Shown: positions 10,160 through 16,682 of the stretch, in pieces
Numbering within the stretch: the stretch's first letter is position 1
Layout: each line of letters starts with the position of its first letter
IMG/VR virus record: IMGVR_UViG_3300025325_000016
From: an uncultured virus (IMG/VR IMGVR_UViG_3300025325_000016)
Lineage: Duplodnaviria; Heunggongvirae; Uroviricota; Caudoviricetes
Reading direction: 5' to 3' (one strand)
Length of the DNA stretch: 20,000 nucleotides
Notes under the pieces: generated by a model
Told to the model about the DNA's origin: nothing
The model's database searches: none
The model's input: the letters and a program-made list of their open reading frames with translations, nothing else
Position numbers and translations under genes: made by a program

Positions 10160-10172
10160 CCGGAGGATTACA

Positions 10173-10631
10173 ATGCCTGGTTGGACGAATGCTCACAAAG
10201 CTGATATTTTCAGACAGGTGTATCAGCGTACTACTCTCCCAACGAATTACCACATTGCTCTGGTCACGTCCGGCGACGTGCCAGACGCCGATACGAACGT
10301 GCTTGGCGACCTGACCGAGATCCCTGCGGGGAACGGCTACACGGCAGGCGGATACGCGCTCACTCCCGGCGATACCGACTTCGATTTCGTCGAAGAGGAT
10401 GATGCTGCCGACCTGGGACGTATCCAGATCAAGGATGTCGAATGGCTGGCAGATGGCGGCCCGATCCCTGCAACGGGTACGGCTGCTTATGCTGTCATGA
10501 CCGATGACAATGTTGTCCTGGCAAGCCGCAAGATCGCGCACTACTGGTCGCTTGGCGGGGAACGCTCTGTCCAGGACGGATCGCCGTTCCGGTTGATCAA
10601 CCTGGAAATCCGTGCCCTAGAACCCACATAA
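10173..10631 (+). CDS. Small phage tail-fibre/structural subunit (Gp80-like), 152 aa
   Basis: GGAGG SD. The pattern IALVTS..P.ADT...DLTEI..GNGYTAGG..L...DVEW.A.GGPI....YAV..DD matches a widespread family of about 130-150-aa fibre subunits. Confidence 0.65.
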   Translation: MPGWTNAHKADIFRQVYQRTTLPTNYHIALVTSGDVPDADTNVLGDLTEIPAGNGYTAGGYALTPGDTDFDFVEEDDAADLGRIQIKDVEWLADGGPIPATGTAAYAVMTDDNVVLASRKIAHYWSLGGERSVQDGSPFRLINLEIRALEPT

Positions 10632-10694
10632 GAGGCGCTATGCGCCACACAGTTGAATACTTGTTTTTGATCTTGCCTTTCAGCGAGGCCGCTT

Positions 10695-11702
10695 ATGGGT
10701 AGAGTATTTACAGACGGTGCTGAGTTTCAAGACCTTTTGTTCTGGAGTATTGTGCAAGGCGGGCCTGTCATAACCACGGTGGGCTCAAATGTCCGATCGG
10801 GTCTGGCGGCGTATAGATACGGTAGCGGCTCTCAGTATTCCGATAAAATTCTTCCTGCTGCTCTATCAGAGTTCTATTTCAAGTTAGGGTATAAAAGAGA
10901 CGGGGTTACATCAGCGGGAACCAGAATACCAGCCTGGTTCGCAACTTCAACGGAATTGGGATCGATCCGGCTGAACACAACTACCCACCTCCTTGAACAC
11001 TATGTGGGTACGACTCTAACAACAACAGGAACAATTGTAATACCACTAAGCGCTCACTGTGTGATCGAGTGCCATGTAAAAATTGGTGATGCTCCGAACG
11101 GAATTGTTGAAACTAAGGTAGACGGAATACCGGATATCAGCTTTGCTGGAGATAGCAAGCCGGGAGCTGATGCCGCTGCCAATATGCTTCGAGTCTACTC
11201 TATGGTGTCGTCTGGTATGAACATTGACGATCTAGCCCTCAATGACACCACTGGAGTTGTGGACAACTCTTGGTGCGGGGATGGTAGAGTCGCTCTGCTC
11301 AAGGGGAATGCAAACGGAGATGTCTCTCAGCTCGTAGGTCAGGACGGAAATAGCGTAGATAATTATCTGAATATCGATGATGTTCCTCATGATGGAGATA
11401 CCACCTACAACCAAGGTATTCTCAGTGGAGAATACGACCTGTATAACCTACAGGCAAGTGGCCTGAGCAATGTCTCTATTCTCCGAGGGTGGATAGAGGC
11501 CAGGGCAAGAAAAACGAAGGCCTCCCCCGAAACCGTCCTGCTTGGCTTGAAAACAGATGGTACTGAATACTGGAACGACAGCCACAATCTAATGACGATG
11601 GTTACTGGTATCAGACGGGATCATACGATCAATCCTAAAACGGGTTCGCCCTGGACTATAGCCGATTTGGATGCCCTTCAGATAGGGTTCAAGGTGGAAT
11701 AA
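10695..11702 (+). CDS. Virion structural protein, two beta-sandwich domains (N-terminal ConA/LamG-like); paralog A, 335 aa
   Basis: IECHVKI...GIVETKVDG...IDDLALNDTTG resembles LamG-type folds. Alignable over its full length with the next gene. Confidence 0.65.
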   Translation: MGRVFTDGAEFQDLLFWSIVQGGPVITTVGSNVRSGLAAYRYGSGSQYSDKILPAALSEFYFKLGYKRDGVTSAGTRIPAWFATSTELGSIRLNTTTHLLEHYVGTTLTTTGTIVIPLSAHCVIECHVKIGDAPNGIVETKVDGIPDISFAGDSKPGADAAANMLRVYSMVSSGMNIDDLALNDTTGVVDNSWCGDGRVALLKGNANGDVSQLVGQDGNSVDNYLNIDDVPHDGDTTYNQGILSGEYDLYNLQASGLSNVSILRGWIEARARKTKASPETVLLGLKTDGTEYWNDSHNLMTMVTGIRRDHTINPKTGSPWTIADLDALQIGFKVE

Positions 11703-11704
11703 TT

Positions 11705-12679
11705 ATGAGACTATTCACAGATGGTGCTGAGTTTCAAGATCTGCTGTTCTGGGATATAACAAACGTAGTTACTAATGTAACAACGACTCCAAGATCGGGT
11801 AATCGTTGTTATAGCCTAGGTGGTAATGCAACTCCAGTCAAAACTATTCCAAGTCTCTCAGAGTTTTATTTCCGCTTTGGATATAGAGTTACAGCTTTTC
11901 ACTATCTTCATAGATTGCCAAGGTGGCTGAAAGGATCAAACGAACTAGGTCATCTGAGAGTCAATGATGTGTCTGGTCTTGTCGAGATTTATTCCGGGGG
12001 CGTGCTAAAAGCGACTGGATCTATTCCAATTAAGCTAGACACTATATATCTGATAGAGCTTCATGTGAACATATCAGACACCGGCATTATAGAAGTCAAA
12101 ATTGAAGGGCATCCGGATACCAGTTTTACGGGAGATACCAAACCCGGATCCGAGACCAACGTAGATGCCTTACAGTTTATAGGGACCGGCTACATACAGC
12201 TTATTGACGATCTCGCCCTCAATGATACTACAGGTGGGGTTGACGATAGCTGGTGTGGGGACGGAAAAATTATTCTTCAAACCCCGAATGGAGCTGGGGA
12301 TAACACGGGTCTGACCCCATCCGCCGGAAGCAACTATGAATGCGTAGACGAGTTTCCCAACGACGGAGATACTACCTATGTGGGAGATACAGTTGTAGAT
12401 GACTACGATCTCTATAACCTTACTCCATGTGGTCTTGTTGATGTTGACATTTTGCGGGTATGGGCTGAGGCTAGAGCCAGGGACGTAAACGCCGCTGGCG
12501 GAGTCTGCAAACTTGGACTAAAGACTGAAGCAACTGAATACTGGAGTGCTGGAGATTTATCTTTGCTGACTTCTTACTCTCCGATACCTGGAACTCGGCA
12601 TACAGTCAATCCTAATACTGCTATCGCCTGGACTACTGCTCAACTAGATGCTCTACAGGCAGGATTCAAGGTCAGATAA
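11705..12679 (+). CDS. Virion structural protein; paralog B of 10695-11702, 324 aa
   Basis: Shares FTDGAEFQDLLFW, LSEFYF, IDDLALNDTTG.VD.SWCGDG, DGDTTY, YDLYNL, W.EARAR, LGLKT..TEYW and LDALQ.GFKV with paralog A. Confidence 0.65.
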   Translation: MRLFTDGAEFQDLLFWDITNVVTNVTTTPRSGNRCYSLGGNATPVKTIPSLSEFYFRFGYRVTAFHYLHRLPRWLKGSNELGHLRVNDVSGLVEIYSGGVLKATGSIPIKLDTIYLIELHVNISDTGIIEVKIEGHPDTSFTGDTKPGSETNVDALQFIGTGYIQLIDDLALNDTTGGVDDSWCGDGKIILQTPNGAGDNTGLTPSAGSNYECVDEFPNDGDTTYVGDTVVDDYDLYNLTPCGLVDVDILRVWAEARARDVNAAGGVCKLGLKTEATEYWSAGDLSLLTSYSPIPGTRHTVNPNTAIAWTTAQLDALQAGFKVR

Positions 12680-13677
12680 TGACACTCTCAATCAATTCTG
12701 AGGCTACTGGTGGCGAGAGCGTTGTTGGTAGTTTTGTAGTAACCAAACCTGCCACTGTCTCAGATGGCGATCTGCTCGTTGTAATTGTAGGTGCTCAGGT
12801 TATCCCAACCATCACTTCTCCCCGTTGGGTTCAATTAGGTGTTGGATCATCTGCAACGGGTAATGACACTTATGTTGGAGTATTTTGTCGCTATGTAGGA
12901 GAAGCAGATGACGAACCGGCATCCTATGTTTTCTCTGTAACTGTCAATGGACAAATGGGATGGTGGATTGGATCGCTCACTCCTACTACCCCACATGCCA
13001 ATTTAGATCAGGCCATCTCCTTTGCTAACAGACAGAATGACACTTCTCCAAATACGAGCGCTCTAACAACGGTTGCGGCTAACACCCTAGCCTTTGCAGC
13101 CTGGGCAGTCAATAACGATAATGCCACCGATCCTCCCGCTGGAGGATGGGACACTAGAGCGGATAACGTTGGCGGAAACGGTGTTCTGACTGTTAGCTCA
13201 CAAGCCTTTCCTTCTGCGGGTACTTCAACTGGAACCCCGGAAATAACGAATGTAGCCGCCAACCAGGAAACCGAAACAGCTATGATCGTGTTTCGGGATG
13301 GGGTCGCTCCCGCCAACCGCGCTACCAATATCGGTGTTCAGGTGGAGTATGTTGCAGATGCAGAACCTACTCGCCTGACCAACATCGGCGCACAGGTGGA
13401 GTATGTTACCAGCGACGATCCCACCCGGCTAACTAATATTGGCGTTCAGGTCGAATATGTTCCAGAGCAGGCTTTCCTTGTAACTCAAGAAGTCTTTGGT
13501 ATTGAGTATGCCGATGACCAGGCTTTCAGGGTTACTGCCATTGGTTTCCAGATTGAGTATATCGAAATCAGAGGTAAGAAACCCAAAGATCCGCCTTCGC
13601 ATGGCCCAAAATTCATATCCGGCAGTGGGCCAGAAACACATATAGCCCATAAGTCCATCCCTCACCTGAGGATATAG
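12679..13677 (+). CDS. Structural/fibre protein: N-terminal beta-sandwich plus five C-terminal 17-18-aa repeats, 332 aa
   Basis: TAATG overlap. The VTKP..V.DGDLLVV motif is common in phage fibre domains. Repeats have the form R.TNIG.QVEYV. Confidence 0.6.
   Translation: MTLSINSEATGGESVVGSFVVTKPATVSDGDLLVVIVGAQVIPTITSPRWVQLGVGSSATGNDTYVGVFCRYVGEADDEPASYVFSVTVNGQMGWWIGSLTPTTPHANLDQAISFANRQNDTSPNTSALTTVAANTLAFAAWAVNNDNATDPPAGGWDTRADNVGGNGVLTVSSQAFPSAGTSTGTPEITNVAANQETETAMIVFRDGVAPANRATNIGVQVEYVADAEPTRLTNIGAQVEYVTSDDPTRLTNIGVQVEYVPEQAFLVTQEVFGIEYADDQAFRVTAIGFQIEYIEIRGKKPKDPPSHGPKFISGSGPETHIAHKSIPHLRI
13318..13563 (+). repeat. Five in-frame tandem repeats (spacing 54, 54, 51, 51 nt), consensus R-x-T-x-I-G-x-Q-[VI]-E-Y
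   Basis: Units start at 13318, 13372, 13426, 13477 and 13528: RATNIGVQVEYV, RLTNIGAQVEYV, RLTNIGVQVEYV, LVTQEVFGIEYA, RVTAIGFQIEYI. Confidence 0.85.
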
Positions 13678-13686
13678 GAGTTCATC

Positions 13687-14136
13687 ATGGCAAGATTTAA
13701 TGGAATCGCACAGACCGCAGAGGTAGCTCTCTCCGCCGCTGTAGCAAGGACGGTCATCCAGATGGTCGCTCCTGCCAATCATCGGGTAGTTCTCACCGGA
13801 TGGGGGGTGTATTTTGATGGGACTTCGGCTAATGCCGAACCCGTCCAGGTGGAGATAGTGCTCCAGACCACCGCGGGAACAATGAGCGCCTTGACTCCAG
13901 CCAAGAAGGACACCAGTTTACCGGAGACTCTGCTGACTACAGCACAGCACTCTGCCTCGGCTGAGCCCACCACTACAGATGTGCTCGACGTGATCGAGTG
14001 CCACCCGCAGGGCGGCTACGAGAAAGCTGCCCCCTTGATGACCGAGATCGTTGTGGGTGGCGGTAAGCGGATCGGTATTCGCTGCACCGCACCGGCAGGC
14101 GTGAACGTCCGGGCCAAGCTGGAGTTTGAGGAATAG
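13687..14136 (+). CDS. Small beta-sandwich phage structural protein, 149 aa
   Basis: AGGAG SD. The pattern EVAL.A..ARTVIQ..AP...GV.FDG...EPT...HPQGG...GIRCTAPA.VN...EE recurs in phage tail regions. Confidence 0.6.
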   Translation: MARFNGIAQTAEVALSAAVARTVIQMVAPANHRVVLTGWGVYFDGTSANAEPVQVEIVLQTTAGTMSALTPAKKDTSLPETLLTTAQHSASAEPTTTDVLDVIECHPQGGYEKAAPLMTEIVVGGGKRIGIRCTAPAGVNVRAKLEFEE

Positions 14137-14139
14137 TCC

Positions 14140-15360
14140 GTGCCTGATGTAAAGTATATCGGCAGAAGGCAGATCTATATCCGGGGGCGTATCCCCCTGG
14201 GCCTGGACATCAGGCCCGAGCCTGCGGATATCTTCACGTCCGTAGACGGATCAGCCTATTTCCCGCTGGAGATCACACCTGATCCTGCTGATATCCTTGT
14301 CGATGTAGGTACAGTCGGCATTGCGCTGGAGATTACACCGGAGCCGGCCAGTGCCATATTTAGCACGGTTTATACCATCGAGGTTACTCCTGCTCCAGCC
14401 GATGCCGTGGTCGACGGTGTAGACCCGACCCTGACGGCACCACCTCTGGAGATCACGCCAGAGCCCGCAACTTGTATAACCGATGCGACCGACCCAACCG
14501 TATATGCGCCTCTAGAGCTGATCCTGGAGTACGCTGCTGTAGTAATGAGTGCTGCAGATCCGGATGTGCTTACCCCACTGGAGCTGGTCTTGGAGTTTGC
14601 CGGTGCCGTCGCTTCCGCAGTGGACGGCCAGGTCTACGCACCATTAGAGCTGACCCCGGCCTTCGCCGCCGTACTGACAGACAGTGACCTGCAGGTCTAC
14701 ACTCCATTTGTGTACACACCAGTCTTTGCCGCTGCCAGGATGGACGTCGACAGCCCATATATCTTTACTCCGCTGGAGCTGTACCCACAACCCGCAGATA
14801 TCTTTACCAATATAGACGGCAGTTCTTATATCCCGTTTTTCTACACACCCGACGAGGCAGATATACTCGCTGAGATCCATAATCCCATCTTCTGGAATCC
14901 GACGATTGTCTATCCGGCTGCAGTAGATGCGGTGATGTCCGGCAGCGACCCGACCGTGTATACCCCGCTTGAACTCAGGGACTTGTTTACCTCAATTGAG
15001 GTAGATGCCCTAGACCCGTTTGTGTATACGCCCCTGGAACTCGTGGGCTTGCTTGCTCAAGTAGATGTCTCCGGGCTGGTCGGGCTGGTCTATACTCCGC
15101 TGGAACTGCGTGAGCTCGACGAGGCGGACGCTCTGGCGGGTGCAGCCGATCCGGTCGTATGGGTGCCCTATTTCGCCAGACCTCAGCCTGCCGATATAGA
15201 CACCGGGATCGTCGACCCGAGCGTGCTGCTTGGCTTCATGCTCGTCCGGTTGGTGCGTGCGACATTCTTGTCCAAGCAGCTTTCTATACCGACTTATGGG
15301 AAGGACACGTTTATCAGCACGAAGCTGGGCAAGAAAGTGGATGTGGAGACGAAGCTATGA
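14140..15360 (+). CDS. Acidic repeat protein (about 16 repeats of ~21-22 aa, PLE[LI]xPxxA...DPxVYT); putative fibre scaffold, 406 aa
   Basis: GTG start with GAGG SD. The repeats are directly visible in the translation, and basic N- and C-termini flank an acidic repeat core. Confidence 0.7.
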   Translation: MPDVKYIGRRQIYIRGRIPLGLDIRPEPADIFTSVDGSAYFPLEITPDPADILVDVGTVGIALEITPEPASAIFSTVYTIEVTPAPADAVVDGVDPTLTAPPLEITPEPATCITDATDPTVYAPLELILEYAAVVMSAADPDVLTPLELVLEFAGAVASAVDGQVYAPLELTPAFAAVLTDSDLQVYTPFVYTPVFAAARMDVDSPYIFTPLELYPQPADIFTNIDGSSYIPFFYTPDEADILAEIHNPIFWNPTIVYPAAVDAVMSGSDPTVYTPLELRDLFTSIEVDALDPFVYTPLELVGLLAQVDVSGLVGLVYTPLELRELDEADALAGAADPVVWVPYFARPQPADIDTGIVDPSVLLGFMLVRLVRATFLSKQLSIPTYGKDTFISTKLGKKVDVETKL

Positions 15361-15695
15361 CAACCAGACCGGATATGCACGTCGATGATTATGGCACCGA
15401 CTTCGAGCTGGCTGTTCTGAGCCGCTCCAATAATAAGCCGCTTCCCCTGGCAGGCACGCTGATCAGGCTATTTCTGTTTCAGCCGCCTACAGTAGAAGCT
15501 TTCATGCGGGAGGCCGAGCTGCTCACCCCGCCCACCGGCGCAGATGGCAAGCTGGTCTACACCTTTGAAGACGGGGATATCACGGAGGCCGGGACGTGGT
15601 ACGTGCAGGCACTTATTCAAGACGATGATGGCCGCTGGCATACGGACATCGAGAGCTTCGAGGTCGGCGCCAATATCGAGGTGGAGGGATCGTAG
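15357..15695 (+). CDS. BppU N-terminal-like (upper baseplate/adaptor) domain protein, 112 aa
   Basis: Start re-called to the ATG at 15357 (ATGA overlap, GGAG SD). Motif DGKLVYTF..GDI..AG.W.VQ......GRWHT....FEV. Confidence 0.65.
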   Translation: MTTRPDMHVDDYGTDFELAVLSRSNNKPLPLAGTLIRLFLFQPPTVEAFMREAELLTPPTGADGKLVYTFEDGDITEAGTWYVQALIQDDDGRWHTDIESFEVGANIEVEGS

Positions 15696-15697
15696 AC

Positions 15698-16681
15698 ATG
15701 CTGGATACCCTGGCAATTGATATCTCGAAATGGCAGCAGCGCATCGATGTCCATAGCCTTAGGCGGGAGGGCGTCGGGCTTATTATTGGCAAGCTATCCC
15801 AGGGCATGAATCCAGATCCCAAGTGGGATGCCCATGCGAATACCACTGTTCAGGCAGGACTTCCTCTTGCGGGCTATCACTGGAGCGATCCTATCGTCCC
15901 TGCTCTAGAGCAGGCCGAGTTTTGCGCCGAGATCGCCAAGGATTACCCGGTCACGTTTATCGGTCTTGACCTGGAGCAGTGGTGGAAGTCCTGGAGCGAG
16001 TACAGGGTACTAAAACAGTATGCCCGCAGGTTCCCGGCCTCTCACCTGGGGCAGCATGCCCAATGGATGTATAACACCCTGGGAAAGAAGTCCTCCAGGC
16101 TGATCCTGCCTTACTCGAACCAGAACTACCAGAAGACTTATTGCCCTAATCTATTCACCTGGTGGATCAGGTCTTCGGTACACTGGATTGCCCAATGGCC
16201 GAATGCCTACCAGCCATCGGACAATAGAAAAGGCGTCTATATTACCTGGTTCGATCTCAAGACCAAAGTGGTGCCCTACAAGCGCTCTCCCTATCTATTC
16301 TCTGGTGTAACCAAGGCGGTCTGCTGGCAGTGGACGGGCGATCGATGGATGCTGCCCTATGTCTATAAGCTCCTGACCGGCAGTGCGCTCAGCACCCTGG
16401 ACATCAATATTGTAGATATGCTGTGGCTGAATAGCTTGGGTAAGCCGCCGCCTCCACCACCGCCCCCGCCTCCAGAGCCGCCGCCCTTATATACCGCCAG
16501 GGTCATCGCCTCAGACGGTCTGAGGGTTAGGTCTAAGCCCGGACTGACTTCGGACTGCATTATCCTGAGAAAAGAGAGCTACGGGACGCTGGTGGATGTC
16601 TGGCAGGTAGTGGGCGATTGGTCTAAGGTCAGCAAAGACTTATCCGAATGGATGTTCTCGGAGTACCTACAGAAGATATAA
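15698..16681 (+). CDS. Endolysin: GH25 muramidase, poly-Pro linker, C-terminal SH3b cell-wall-binding domain
   Basis: IDISKWQ, GYHW, EQA.F, the catalytic LDLE (DxE) motif, WIAQW, WQWTG and LDIN are GH25 hallmarks. Linker KPPPPPPPPPPEPPP; SH3b-type VIASDGLRVRSKPG...DWSKV...WMFSEYL. Confidence 0.92.
   Translation: MLDTLAIDISKWQQRIDVHSLRREGVGLIIGKLSQGMNPDPKWDAHANTTVQAGLPLAGYHWSDPIVPALEQAEFCAEIAKDYPVTFIGLDLEQWWKSWSEYRVLKQYARRFPASHLGQHAQWMYNTLGKKSSRLILPYSNQNYQKTYCPNLFTWWIRSSVHWIAQWPNAYQPSDNRKGVYITWFDLKTKVVPYKRSPYLFSGVTKAVCWQWTGDRWMLPYVYKLLTGSALSTLDINIVDMLWLNSLGKPPPPPPPPPPEPPPLYTARVIASDGLRVRSKPGLTSDCIILRKESYGTLVDVWQVVGDWSKVSKDLSEWMFSEYLQKI
16509..16525. repeat. Dispersed palindrome copy 4: CCTCAGAC-G-GTCTGAGG
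   Basis: Read directly. Inside the SH3b-coding part of the endolysin (encodes ASDGLR). Confidence 0.9.
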
Positions 16682-16682
16682 C

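Noticed and set aside
10695..12679. Diversity-generating retroelement TR/VR pair
   Set aside because: Differences between the paralogs are mostly synonymous and not adenine-specific, and no reverse transcriptase is in the window.
13318..13563. CRISPR-like array
   Set aside because: Units are in-frame coding repeats that vary at third codon positions, with no invariant repeats and unique spacers.
15159..15356. Longer N-terminus of the BppU-like ORF as given in the ORF track
   Set aside because: It overlaps the upstream gene by about 200 nt; the ATG at 15357 has an SD and an ATGA overlap.
664..16525. Neisseria DNA uptake sequence (GCCGTCTGAA) as the identity of the dispersed palindrome
   Set aside because: Only the CGTCTGA core is shared. 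No copy matches the full DUS, and the arms consistently end in GAGG.
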